From Azolla caroliniana (lineage: Eukaryota; Plantae; Polypodiophyta), in the NCBI GenBank assembly GCA_043228905.1, contig JBHGNT010000020.1, positions 6,696,001-6,760,000 on the forward strand: DNA of 64,000 nucleotides, read 5' to 3'. This document shows positions 37,775 through 52,100 of the stretch, piece by piece. The notes under the pieces are model-generated. The model was not told where the DNA came from. It saw only the letters and a list, made by a program, of their open reading frames with translations, and searched no databases. Within the stretch, counting starts at the first letter, position 1. Every line of letters starts with the position of its first letter. The position numbers were made by a program, and so were the translations under genes.

Positions 37775-40450
37775 AAGTTTTTTATAAAGCTATTAAGGCA
37801 TTATGTGAGGCATTAGTATAAAACCATTACTCAGAGCATAGAAAATGGTCCATTTGTAGAGCTACTTTGATAATGGGCTGAGTGGAACGGTTAAAACACT
37901 TATACCCCTTAACTTGGAAGACCTTTAGGCAACGTGCTTTCCATACATAGCACTAGGTGAAACCTGCGATCAACATCCAAATCTCCTGGAACCGAGGGGA
38001 TGTGGTCTTCAAGCCTCTCCAAATTGGGTCTTGACGAGTTTACCTCTTGTGCATTCATAGCACCAATGGTCTTCATTAAAAGTGTCTGTCCAGCAATCAA
38101 CCGAGAGATCAATCCAAGCCATTGTGCTCCACAATGTTATTCCTTCCACTTCGCAGGTAGCTAAGAGGCGAGTCACTCTGTCCCATACCCTCTAAGCTTG
38201 AGGGAAATCCCATCAACAATGTCTCAGAGTCTCAATAGGTGAAGGACAGAGTGGGCAAGCTATCAGGCTGCCACATTTACCTAGCCATTCCCCAAGGGGG
38301 ACCACATTATGGACGATCTGCCACCAAAATAGCTTGACCTTCTCAAGCACGTAGAGACGCCAGAGACCCTTCCAAAATGTACTGGGCACCTCGTTAGGGA
38401 TGCCCAATGTTTGCCAGCCATTGTGTAGGGAACCGTCCAACTACAGATGTATAGCCCAACCCAATTTAGTGTTGTAATCGAAGAAGTGGCGCATTCTATC
38501 ACCGTGTTTCCACCTGAAATCCCCATGGTCCCATTCTAGTTCCGCAAGGGGGTAATAACCGTAGACCCACAATTTCCAGTGGGGTTCCACCATAGCAACA
38601 TCAGGGTCCATCTTCCAGTTGTTACCAACCTGCGCCACCATTCGGATTGGGTGCCAAGTGCCCCTACTCTGGCTCTCCCCAAATAATGTAGTTCCTCTAG
38701 ATCCACTCAACCCCTTCAACAAATTGACCATTCCAACCTCATAAAAGAGATGGAACCATGTATCTCCTCTCACATCCCCACCGGAACCCTGTCAACTATC
38801 TCTATTATCAATCTCCTCATTTTCATAACTCCCTTGAAGGGAGGGAATGGGTCCTCTTGTGCTCCTCCTGGAGCCACCATGCGTCTCCAATCACCTATAG
38901 AATGGAGCCCTGTCTGCGCCAGCTTTCCCCACGCTAGGGCCTTAAGTTGCCCTAACATCATGTCATCACTTGTTTGCACCCGAGGATTCCAAAATAATGG
39001 TTCTCTAGTCATTCGATTCTAAGTGTCTCCAGGGTGTAGGGTGTGCTTGACCAAATGATGTCGCATGTGACACCATGCCCGCTAGATGGAGTTCATTACC
39101 CTATCCTCCGGATCACGGGCCATCTTGGGTGGGACTCTATTCGTGCAACACCGGTTCAAGGAGTTAGACCATGGGCTACCGTACTTGGGGGTCCTTGCTT
39201 GCAACCTATAGTGAAGGAGTACCTTCCAACACTCCAGATTACCTTGCAGGAGGCACCGAACCACCATTTTGGTTAGTAATGCTCAACTCTACGTTAAGGG
39301 GTCTATGAGGCCAACTCCCCCTTTGGCCCGCGGCTGCGTTAACCAATGCCATGACACTCTAGCGGTTGCCATTGGGTTATCATTACTTGACCATATAAAC
39401 CCCCTGATGGCAGCCTTAATCGCGTGCAGACCTGCAGGGTCCATAATCCAAAAGGAGACTGAGTGCCACATGGTGGCAAGAATCTCCTAGCTCGCAATAA
39501 GAACCCTATCAGCAAATGATAGTTTAGATCTACTCCATTGGTTCAACTTCCTATTTATTATTTTGGACTACACATGGGACAATTGCGATCCTTTCGGGAT
39601 CTCCCTCCCCATCATAAACCCTAGGTACTTGAAGGTCGTCCCCTTTGGGACCCAATTAAAATCGATGTGGGGTTGCCACCTTGGTTTCTCCTACGTGTTG
39701 AACCAGAGGCCCTGGGTTTTATCCCAATTGACCTTGGCTCTAGCAGCCTGGCAAAAGTCCTCGACAAGTTGTTTCACCCGTTGCAAATTCTCCTCGTTGC
39801 CCTGCAGGAAGAGGACCGTATCGTCGGCATATTCCGACAACAGAATATCTTCAGACGCATTGGGGACGAGCAATCCCCTCAATCCACTACTTGGTTCTTG
39901 TAAGAAGGCAAAGAAAGCCTTTGATATAAATAGATAAATATATGGAGCAAAGGGACAACCATGCCTCACTGAACGTTGCAATCGGAACGAGGGGGCCCTA
40001 ATGCCAATTAGCAGGACGTTATTGGTACCAGTCCTATAGAGTGCAGAAGTGTGGTTCCTCCATTTTTGGGGTAGGCCCATAGCCCTCATCATGTTCTCCA
40101 AGAAGGGCCAGAGAACCCTATGGTAGGTCTTCTCAACGTTTAACAACAGAATAGCCGAGCTCGACAGAGAACGATCTACTAATGCCATAGATTCCCATAG
40201 TAGCATCACATTATCAAAGATACACCCACTTCTTGTAAACCCTGTTTGACTCTCATGTATGATGTCTAGCAAGGAGCTTGCTAACCGTCGAGCTAGGACT
40301 TTGGCAAGTATCTTGTATATCGTGTTAAGGATCGTGATTGGACACCATTGGCATAGCTCTAGGCTTTGCTCTACTACTTTGGGGATGAGATAGATCATCC
40401 CCTCAGCCAGACCGGTGGACATCCTTCCTGAGGTCCAAATCTCCTGAACT
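37775..40450 (-). mobile_element. 5'-truncated L1/Tx1-like LINE ORF2 (RT and zf-RVT), degenerate
   Basis: PITILNTIYKILAKVLARRL, QTGF, RSVRHGCP, SEYADDT, PRAKGGVGL, KVKLFWWQ...CPLC...ETLRHC. Confidence 0.85.
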
Positions 40451-40454
40451 CCGA

Positions 40455-41098
40455 CCTAATTTCTATTTTCTATGTGTTAGAGTATGAATATATATGTGAC
40501 TACCAAGCATGCTCACTAGCCCAACAGGTATGGAATAAAGTTCTTTATTCCTGACAATTAAGGCAAGTTGCCACTTCTCTTAGGGATCAGCAGTTCTCCA
40601 TTCCAGTCTCTTGTTTTATGAGGCAAATAATGCTCCAGAGGCTATGACAGTCATCAACAACCATCTAATTTTTGTCTCCCCTTTTCAGCAAGCTCGCAAG
40701 CAAATGCATGCAGCCCATGTATGGAAAACCATATCTACGGTTACATTATGGATCTTATGGAAGTATCGTTGTAAAAGACGATATGATTCCATAATTCCTC
40801 TTCTCTCGGATATATTGCCAGAATTATGGGAGAGCTTATGGGCGGTAGTGTGTGGGCAATATGACAATATGTCAGGCTCTTCGGAGGTTGTTCTTAAGAA
40901 AAGGAAAATATTACTGCAGTTATGGAGGAAGATGCCTCTGTTCACATTCTCCTCTCAAGGACCAATATGGAAATATCATCACCCCTAGTCCTTGCCCTAA
41001 CCATCTCTTTTGTATATAACACTTTCTGATTGTACATTTTGTAGCCTTCCAACACTTTTCTTAATACAATGAAGGAAATATTTTGGGGGAAAAAAAAA
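40455..41098 (+). mobile_element. 3'-end fragment of a different LINE, with A-tract
   Basis: VWKTISTVTLWILWKYRCKRRY resembles the L1 ORF2 C-terminal W-x-L-W-x-x-R motif; A-run at about 41089-41098. Confidence 0.6.
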
Positions 41099-44000
41099 GT
41101 ATGATTATATATGTGATCGTTGATTGTAAGAATTATCAATACATGTGAGAGTATAATTATCAATGAAGCTTTGTGGGTGTTTGAATGTGATGTTGGGCAT
41201 TGACCAATTGCCCTTGATAATTTTGTCAATATTGAGTTTTTTTTTTCCAAAAAAAACTCCTTCCATTAGTTATAAAATTTTACAAATGAGACGATTATAA
41301 TAATATTCGACTTAATTTATGCCGGTTTTCTCTCTCTTTTGTGTTGGGGCCTTCCAGTGTTTGAGTAGAAAACAATTGTTTAATATTCTCATGTGCCTTT
41401 TTTTTTACGTGGATAGCTAAAATACTCTTCAAAATGTCATTTTGCAAACCATTTCCGAATATCTCATGTTCAAATGGATGAAAGAAATTTGCTTTTGCGA
41501 TTATATAATTAGAAAAAAGAGACAAGCTTAGTTGGGAAAGTTCATTAGTTGAGCCTAGGAGGTTGTATGCTCAACTTTAACGTTCCCAGTGACATCTGGT
41601 AAATTAGGTTCATTCATAGATTGCTCACTTTCAATTTCTTGTAAAATGAACCCAACTTCTTGTATCCCATTTTATGATATCCATTGATTATCTTGAGAAT
41701 CAACAACTTTGGGCATTGTAAGCTGCCACGTACAAAATTAATGACACTAGCTTCTCTACGAAAATTATAGATCAATCTAAACATTTTTTGAAAAATGTTT
41801 GAAGCTTCCTTACCCTTACTATGATCTCCATGATGGTTATATATTTGGCATTCTAAGACACTATCTATGAAAACAATGGCTCCAAATTCTTCGTGAAAAT
41901 CATCAATTAATTCAGTAGTTTACAGTGTGGGTGTTCCTTGAACTTATCTACATACTTCCTTCCCCAAAAAACCGAAGAAGTTTCTTTATTGCCCAATTGT
42001 TGAATGCCTAAACAATTGTCCTCTCTAGTTGCATGAGTTTTACATCATAGGCGACCATGGATTACAAAAGCAAATCAATTCCATGAGCATCAATGTATCT
42101 ACACTAGTCACTTTACCATTGAGAATTCAATGTGTTATGTAGTAATATGTGACTTATCAACATTCTGAAAGGCTTAACTATTAGTTCATGTCTTGAGGAG
42201 AAAGTGGTCTAACAGAGAAATCCAAAGGAATTAAACATGCATATTCTCTTGAAAAAAGAAAAGGCACATAACATACCAACGCTCCCAAACTCATAGCCAC
42301 GGTGCTTAGATGCAAGAATGATGCTGAAATTGGTGCTAAGGCATTAAAATAATGTTAGAAAGAATGAGATAAAGTTAAAAAAGTAAATAAATATTTTTTT
42401 GTTAGCTTGCGGTTAATAAAAACACCTTGAGCAAAATCTCTTTTTGGCCTTACCATGTCAATTTCTTGTATAATAATAAGAAAGAATTCTAGAGAGAGAG
42501 AGAGAGAGAGAATGAGCTTGTGGGCTGGTGCATAGGTCAAGTTGCAATAAATGGCAGTCATGTCATGTGCCGAACGAAAACCACGACATTACATGTGTTG
42601 GTATTGGTAATGTGTGGAACATTGGGGTGTACAAGTTAGCTAATAGTTATACTTTGTAATATATTGTCGGTGTCTCTCATTCACAACTCCTATTGTTATT
42701 TGATATTTAATATGTCACAGAGTTGCACACATTATGTTGTTTGAATGGGGAATTCCATTAGTATCAATAAATCTTCTATATAATTTACATGGAACTCCAT
42801 TTTTCAGCTATGGCAAAGAATACAAAATATGCATCAGCATTGTTGGTAAAGTTCAAGACATGTTATATACAATAACCATATTGCCATCGTGTTTACATTT
42901 ACTAAACATGAAATCAATTAGCTTAATGGCATACTATATTTTACATATTAATAGAATTTGCTTAAAGCCTTGTCTTAAACAATCTTCAATGCAATATCTT
43001 ATTCAAAAGTAAGATTAGTTGCTTGAATATTTTGCACCTCAAAGACTAACTTTATGAGATAGAGAGAAAACCTATAACTTATTGTAAACACATATTGCCT
43101 CTTTGAATATGCTTTTGTACAATTTTAATATTGTGAAAATACTTTATAAGTAATTAGATAACGAATTCAATGAATGAAGAAAATGCATAACCATCAAGCA
43201 CACGTGTCTTGAACTTTTTTACGAAATCATGTATCTAGATTAGCACCTTTAGGCGAAGAAATGCATGTTTATCTCGTAAATGCAACATAGGGTCGATCAT
43301 TAGGCCTCTTGGATCCAATAACATGTACTAGCTAGTTATATTGATAGATCCTCGTCTATAAAGTATCATGGTGATAAACATCGAGGAGACATGGTGTGAC
43401 GCAAGTTGTCCTCAATAGTTACTTTTGTCAACTTTATTTAATGCAAAAATAGAATATAAACCGCAAAAAACAAAACAAACTAATTATTTCATAACGTTTC
43501 TCAAAAGCATGACTATTTCACATCATTAGAGTCTTAATAGCTAATTAGTGATTTCATCATTGCATATATTGTTTACTGATAATGACATAAGCCTAGCATA
43601 AATTAATCTCATAATGTTGAATATTGTATATAGATGATATGACAGGAAGCCATATTCAGTGAATGACTGGAAATCATTCAAAAATATGTTTTATTGCCTT
43701 ATTATTCAATGAATGTTTGGGATAATAATTTAATTACATAGTGGTATATAGTCCATCATTAGGGATGCTAAGGTTTATGGAATTGGGTTAGTGATACACA
43801 AGAATATAAGGCACACTATGGTTTGAAACCTAGATTGCATATAATGGATCTCCCCATCTTGTCAATAATAGGTTAAAACCATGTCCCTATGACATGTTGA
43901 TGGTAGAAGGCAATGGACATACATGGAGTTATATTCCACCATCAACACGCTAATGTGTATTCATGTACCATGTCAACCTAGTGAAAAGTGCTCTAAACTG

Positions 44001-47000
44001 AAGACACAATTTTTTAACACAAGGGGAAATGTTAATCCCTTTCAATGATCCAATCAATTCAACATTTGGTCCTAAAATGGGTTCTGTGAAGCGAGCCTAA
44101 TGAACATTCTACGCTAATGATTGGTTGCCTCTCCCCCAAGGTCTAGGCATATGTTTGGATGTGCACATAACAATTTATCATAACTTAGTAATTGTCCTCT
44201 AAGTTATCATTGGCGTAGACTTCATAGATATGAATAGACAACCTTTTCAAACAAAAGGGAATATCGTGTTTACAAAGAAAATTTTGCAATTAAAATTTTG
44301 GGAAATTCCTTAAAATATTGTTTCACTTGTAACTAGGAAGTGGAATAAAGTTGGCTATTATGCATTTTATCCTTGATACCAATGGTTGCTACGTGTTGCA
44401 ATTGTCAATGTACATTACCACTTTGCTACTATGTGGGTAAATACTAAAACACAAATGATGAAGTGTAATGTACTGGTTAAGGAAGAACTAAATTTGCTAC
44501 ATTATGCACAAATCAACATCAATGGATGTGATCTAACCTTGTGAATCTATAAACAATTAAAGTTTGATGATGGCAAGTACTTCCACCACGTGATTTCCCA
44601 TTGTTTTATTTCTTTCAATAAAGATTATTTGTACGAATTAAGGCATGAAGTAAGTGAATTTCGTAAACTTGTCAAACTATGCACATTTTGATGCATTAAA
44701 TCATATATACCAATGTAGTTAATTGACTTAAGTCATAAAGTAATCGGAGCGTTATTGACACACATTTGTGGTAATTTGACTCTACAATTGGGTTCTAGCT
44801 TGAGTCTATGAAATAACAAACTTGTCGAATTACTTTAGTGCCTTCATGATATTATAATAAAGGTGCAACAAGATGTTATAAAATTAGAAGTAGAAAATGA
44901 GTACGAGGTGTTCAATCACCATCAAATGCAACATTATTACCAACATTGACAATGACACAAGACATAAAACTTTGCATAATTGGGACCCATGGCGCATAGT
45001 TTTGCTAGTTAAATCTAATTCGTGCTTGTCCTCATGAATGCTAAGAATTTGAGTTTAGTCTCTAGTCATGACAGTATGTTGAATTTAATTAAAGTGTGCA
45101 TCAAAATGTTATGACCTTTTGGACCAGAAAATTAATATGAGGTTTCCAGTCCCCATCAAATAGGACATTACCAATATTGACAAGCTAAAGGATTTCTAAA
45201 ACATTATTGGACGTCTTGTTGACAATTTACGTTCACTCAAAACAATTGACATACTGCGGAACTCCATTCGTCTCATTAAGCATTGTGAACAATATTAATT
45301 ACAAAGCTTTTAAACTAGCAATCACTTAAAATTTTACAAGAGTTTGCATGCATTCAAATATTTGACAATGAACAATGATACGTAACTACTTGCAGAGACC
45401 ACGATTCTATGAGTCATTTAGAAGTCAAACATGTAGAGAGGTGTTAAGTTGCATTGGCTTTGTTTGAAGTCACTAAACCCAAACTTAAACCTACACACAA
45501 AATTGTTAACATTGTTTTCAAGTTTGGATGTTTGATTCTCATTTTACATTATTTGTGAGTTTTGACCCTCAGTTTATATGGTTTGCATTTTTGGAGTTTT
45601 GATCTACATTATGTAATTGCTTGGCAAACCTTGTCCTTTACCCAACGTAAATCACAAAACAAAATTGTGAAATAACAAGCTTTGGTTCCATAATTCTTTT
45701 CCCCAATAATAATATAAATACAAAAGAAACAATTGCATGTTTTTGCATCGATGCTCTTAGTTGATATGGACATAAGATCTGAAAAGTTGAATGTGAATCA
45801 CTTTTAATGAGTAGTAGTTACACTGTGTGACCCTATATATTGTGGGACCCAATTGCAATCAAGGTACAACCATCATAATATGAAAATGATAGACCATTAG
45901 GAACATTGTAAGTTCCTCTGCAACCACCACCCACTAAGAACTCGTGGAAGTTCCCCCATTCGTTGACATGACACAAGCATTACAATTAAGTGATGAATGG
46001 AGAGAACGCCCACATATTATATACACTATGAAGAAGAGATTCCCAATACTTCATGGTGACTTTGTAACTTGTAGTGAAGTTGCCGAAGGCGCATGAGAAT
46101 GAAAATTATCCTTGTGCACACATAATTAAGTGTTCTTGAAGATTTAGGACAAAAGTTAAATTACCATATCTTAATTAGGATCCAAAGTGCTTTCCTAGAG
46201 AAAGCTTTCATATGGTGTTTTCACATGGGACATGACTCATGAGTTTAATTGCTTTGAGCCGGCAAAAAATGGTCTAGTTCATATCAATGATATTATTATA
46301 TCATTGATAAAGTGTGAATGGGGGTGTGTGAAACAATTGGAACGATAGATGTCAATATTTGCATGTGCATCAATAGAAAACATGCATACCTTGTGGAATG
46401 ATAGTTTTTAGCATATGTTTCTTAATATTTTAAACTTACAGAAGTAAGCATTTGGTAGATAAGGTAGGACTAACAAAGATAATGGAATATAGAATGGATG
46501 TTTTATCACAAAAGATTATATGAAGATAGTCAAAGGTTTTGTTCGAGAAATTGCACATCAAGAAATAGGTATGGTAGAAGAAACACAACGTCTTCCAAGG
46601 AAATAAAGATGATGGCATTGCCATTGAATCATGATGAGACAAAAAATGTGAATATGTTCTTGAGCGACTCGGAGAAATGGAAGCGCACATAGATTGACAT
46701 AAAAGCAAGAGGGAAAACATGTTGCTCCTAGTTTGAGTTGGAACGACAAGGACAAGTTGAGGTTGAATGATGATATCTATCAATGTAATTTGAGAAAAAT
46801 GTTCTTCCACTAGTGTGATAGAATATAACTTATAGAATTTACCTACACGAGGCCTTGAGTTTGAAGCCCCAAGTCCACCATATATGTTTTTCCCGAAATA
46901 GAGGGGTTGGATTGAATGGATGGACCTTATAGTTTATGACCAACTAAACTACAACTATTTGGTCTCTCTCTCTCTCACACTCTAACCCAACACACACATG

Positions 47001-48689
47001 CACCGTATTCTCTTTTTATTCATTAATAGCCAAACAACATTAACATCTTGTGAGTATACATGCCTAGGAGGTCCATAGCCCTTAGCCTAGAGGTGGCCCT
47101 TTAATTCTAACACCATAGCTTCCTTGTAGAAATAATGACAAGGAACTCTAGGGAGGACATTTTTGAGAGTGGATCAGTTGTTTGCATGTAGCCTTCATAG
47201 GGCCAATTCTCTTGGCAACTATGACTCAGATATTTGGTGGGTAACAAGAGATTAGTTTCATAATGAACTAACCAAATCAAAGGTAGAAAGGACGAAGAAC
47301 GTGAATTCAACGTACATAAACTCTCCTCCCATAGTCCTACATGAAGGAAGCATAACCCAATTTATGAGCTTCTTTATTAGCATCGTGTCTCAATGATCTA
47401 TTGCTTCGAGAAGTCTCTTTAAAAAAGCTGTTTGGAAGGCCTAAATTTAAGGAGTTATTCGATCCAGATACTAGATAGGCAGACTATTTGTTGTTTTGAA
47501 TTTTTTTGTAGGATTAGAAATTTCAAATCTACTATAAAAAGCACGCATATGGTTGTTTATTAATATTATTAGGCATGTGCACATGCATGGTTGTTCTAAA
47601 TTCTAATAACAATGGCGGTGGGGGCAAAGAATGCGGCGGTGTTTGGTTTGATGTATACTCTCTCCTCTTGTTGCGTGATATGAAAGAAAGCACATAAGAG
47701 ACATTAAAGACCTCAAAGGTACCCCTCTTAGATCCATCTGAACTAATTCTCTCCTTACAAGTGACTTTGTTACAAAGCTTTGTGAAAGCTTTGGCCCTTT
47801 CGAGTTTCAATGCACGGGCACGACATGTAAGGTGTACATGGTATATGGATCATTTGCTAGTGCGAGTAGGGTGTTTTGTGCATTTTCAATGAATTCTCTC
47901 ATTTTCAAGGGTGGAGATAGGTTGCGGATGAGATGGAATTGTCCGTGTAAATTTAGAAATGCCACTGTGCTTTCTTTAGAAAAACGATTTACAGTTAACC
48001 TGTGCCTTCTACGTTTCTATTCTAACCCTAGTGCATGATGTTGAGGTTATCTCCAACGATTTGGAGATCCATCTATCATATTCAAATTGCATTGGCGTCC
48101 CCAAAGGGGCGGGGGAAGAACAAGTGAAGTAGGTGAAAGGTTTGAAGAGGAGGAAGGAAGACAAAATATTGAATGAATGAATTAAGGCCATGAACATGGG
48201 ATGGGGTCCCCCCCCTCCATCCTCTTCTCTTTCCATCAAAACCCACCCACCAAATTTCATCATGATACCTATCCATTTAAATATAGCCTAATAAAAATTG
48301 GCAAGCTAACATACAATACATACCATACATAGCATGGGTTTGGTTTGCAAACATACATACATACATACAATTAATTCATCCATAGCATGGGTTGGGTTGG
48401 GTGGTGGATTGATTGATTGAATGAATGAATATGGTATTGGTAAATAAGTAAATGATATCAAAAGAGAGAATAAAAGAAGGAACCAAAGTGTGTTGAAAAT
48501 GAGAAGCCAATCCTACTCACTACAACTACTACAAACACACTGCCAGATCCAAGTCAAGTCAATCAATCAATCAATCCATGGAATGAATAATCACATGAAT
48601 CTCTCTCTCTCTCTCCACAAAACATAGATACAGAGATTGACAGAGGGAGAGAGTATTGTGGATGTAAAATCCTTAATGCTTTAATCTCG

Positions 48690-48692
<3 letters not shown>

Positions 48693-48732
<40 letters not shown>
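48693..48732. repeat. (CT)n microsatellite upstream of the kinase gene
   Basis: Uninterrupted CT run of about 20 units. Confidence 0.9.
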
Positions 48733-48734
<2 letters not shown>

Positions 48735-49138
48735 CCTCCTGTAATTAAACTTTTCATTCTTTTACATAGAGATTAGATTAACCCACCCCCCTTCCCTCCT
48801 TTCTCACTCTTATCTCTTCTTATTGGAGACATTGTTTTGGCAGGAGAGGGAGAGGGAGAGAGAGAGCAAGAAAAGGCCTCATCATCAAATCCATATGTAT
48901 ATCAATAGATTCTCACACACAGACCCATTCATTAGTCTCTGTTTCATTCCCTTCTTATCAACTAAAATCCTTACATTCATTCATCTTCTCTTTTCATTGT
49001 GTCTTAGCATGTTCATCTTTTTATGTCTATGCCTCCACGTATGGATGTATGTTGTTTAATCCTCTCTACATATAAACCCTAATGACTTTAGCAAGCCTAA
49101 CTAACAAAACCTAGACTTTAAAAAATCAGGATATCAAC

Positions 49139-52100
49139 ATGTTTTTCTCTTCTACTCATCATCAAAAGAAGAAGATATTAATACAAGATTGGAGTAACCA
49201 AGCTCAATTCTGGCAACGAAGACATGGACAAAAGGATCAAAATCATTGTCGAATCCATGGTGCTAATCATCAGCACCATCATGATAATGATGCTAATCAC
49301 GATGAGAACGAGCGAGAAGAGATGATTTTGGTTGGGATTCGGAGAGAAGAGGATGTTTTCGAGCTCCTCTCATGGGCCATTAGCATTGCTGCGAGGCCTG
49401 GGGATGTTGTCGTTGCTTTCTACTTGAGGAATGGTTGGTTGATTTCTTGTTACGTTGTACAATTTGATAAACTGCAGATTGTATGTATGTATTTCGTATG
49501 TTATCACATACATATGTAATATATTATGAAAACCAGAATTCACAGGCTCTGATTCCACTCCTATGTATTCGTATACTTATCTATGTAGGTATGGTATGTG
49601 TGTGTGTCTGTGTATATAAATTCAACTGCTTTTTTGAAAACCCTGATTCTGCACACAATGAACTTAGAATCTCCATTAGAGTTTTGTATTCAATGAGCAA
49701 TGATAACGTATAGAGGATTAAATTCAATGGACTATTATTTATTAACAAAGCCCTATTGGAGTAACATATTTAACTGAACTATGTTCTTTATTTGATGACT
49801 ATATTCAATGGACGATAACCAAATCTCTCTCTTTATCTCTCTGTTCTGATGTAGATGTGGAGTCGGAGAATATAATCCCAGCCCTTCGTTCTGAGACTTC
49901 GAGGATGCATCGTGATATGACCATCCCTTCTTCTCTTATTGCATTGAAGGATCTGTCTGACCTTAAACAAGTGAAATTAGATGCTAGATTTGCAAGCTCC
50001 AATAGAGATGATGAGGATTGTGAGATGATAAAAATGGCTAAATCTCTCTTTGCTACCATGCTTGTTGTGAGCCCATCCGATCACCACCACATAACCCGGT
50101 AAGGGCGCGAGACGAAATTTATTTTCCTTCTTTGTTCTAAGAGTTGAAATTTTTGGGGTAAAACCACGGGAAAATACCTGATAGCTGTTGGGGAGTTTCC
50201 AGAATACAAGTACATCTTTTGGAAATACCATTCTGTTGTTGTAACTTTCTGAAAAACTTAGTTTTCAGGAATTCACCCCAAAGTTTTGCAAAGTTGTAGT
50301 AGTAAATTACTCCAAAGTGTGCTAAAGTACCAGCATACCCTAAAGTGCTCCATAATTACCAAGATATCCCTTTTGACTTTACTATGGAGGTTGTGGAGGA
50401 GTTGTCCACTGCACTATGGAAAATTAGGGTTTGCTGGGTCTATACCCAACAAGTTAGGGGTTTTTTCTGTGGTGTTCCCCCTCTAAAACTAATATTATAT
50501 GTGGTAAGACATGTTTTTACTAATGAACGATTCTTAATTCTTTAATTACATACAGAAATGTGCAAAGAAGAGGAAATTCGCTTGCTCGAAAGTTACCTGT
50601 CGGATGCTCAGTTGTGGTTGTAAAAGACTCTAAGATACTCTTCTACAAAGACAATTTCTCCAAAGAGGAAAAATGTGGATGCACTAAAGGTTGGTTTTTG
50701 GTTTTAAACCAATGTATCAGCTTATATAGATCACAGATGCTCATCTTCTTTTCTTCAACCTGAGAACTTATGAAGTTAAGCATTTTGGACTAAGCACAGT
50801 TTTCATGTGTGAATGTAACAATACATAAGAACCTATTATATAGCCAAGAGGCCTAGTTACTCTAATTTTCTGGCATAGAAATACATGAATGGGCATGCAT
50901 AGATGATACAAGAGGTCAATGGCGGGGTGTTGAATCTCATCTACTTTTCTGGTGATCTTACTTACTCACAGGACGATATCATCATGCATCCCTTCTTTGC
51001 CAGAAAGAAAAGGGAAGTGTCCAATATTGTCGGAGTTTTTCGACGCAATTCTCATGCACATCTAGCCCTTTGTGGATGAGAGAAGAAGAAGAAGGCGAAG
51101 ATGATAGCGAAGACGGAGAAGACTATTCAGATCAAAATTCGGGTACTCTTTCAGGTAGCAGAGTATGGCCCGTCTCAATAGGGGAAGGTGGTTCACCAAG
51201 AGGAGTTCTTGAAAACCTGCTATTGCCATCAGATTCGGACATAAGCTCGGTTTCAAGAAGCTACACTCATTGTAACTCCAGAAAAAGCCTCTTGTCTTGT
51301 GTCTCCAGTGTAGAAGATGGTGATGAGTCAGTATCAAAACTAAAAGCTAAGAGTCTACCAAACTTTTGGAGGAATGGGTCCATTCGGAGGCTTTCAACTG
51401 TATCGTCTCCAAACCATCTCAAGAAATCCCCAACTTCTCTTGATCGGACATCAATAAGGGGCTCTTTCAAGCTATATGTGAGTGCTCTGCTAGGTGCTGA
51501 AATGATCACCGATGAACCATGTACACCATCAACCAATGCGCTACAAAATTGGAGATGCTTCTCTTATGAAGAGCTTGCTTTGGCAACTAACAACTTCAAT
51601 CAAGGTGAGTCTTAATTTTCCTATCATTATCTATGAAATGAAAGTTTTTAACTACAGTCATTGAGTTTTTTGAGAGAGACACATGGAGAGAGGATTATGG
51701 CATAATGTCTGTAGGTTTCCTTGTGGGTCTTTTGCTTGGCCTTTACTTTCTCAATAGGGCAATGCCATGTTTTTCTTCAATCTCTGGGTTGTTGAAAGTG
51801 AATTTGTAAAACCATTGTTATTTTAAACAGCAAATTGTTACTGTTTGCATGATCTCAAACTAAAACTGTGAAGAAACAGTGTTTATAATGAGTGACAACA
51901 TCAGATCCATTGTTTGAGAATGAAAGCCATAATCTTCAAGATTGTTAATCACAAGAGTTTTATTACTACACTCTCATGATTCAGTTAAGTAACCTCATGT
52001 ATAAAAGCAATCAGGTATTCAAACATTGTGATCTTGTAATGTGTTGTTTTTGTTTTCAGAAAATATGGTGGGAAAAGGTGGTCATGCGGAGGTATACAGG

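Noticed and set aside
41300-46850. Possible degenerate hAT or other DNA-transposon remnants in AT-rich intergenic DNA
   Set aside because: No continuous motif, TIR or TSD could be established by eye.
48563-48757. ORF with an ER-repeat peptide
   Set aside because: It is a translation of the (CT/GA)n microsatellite.
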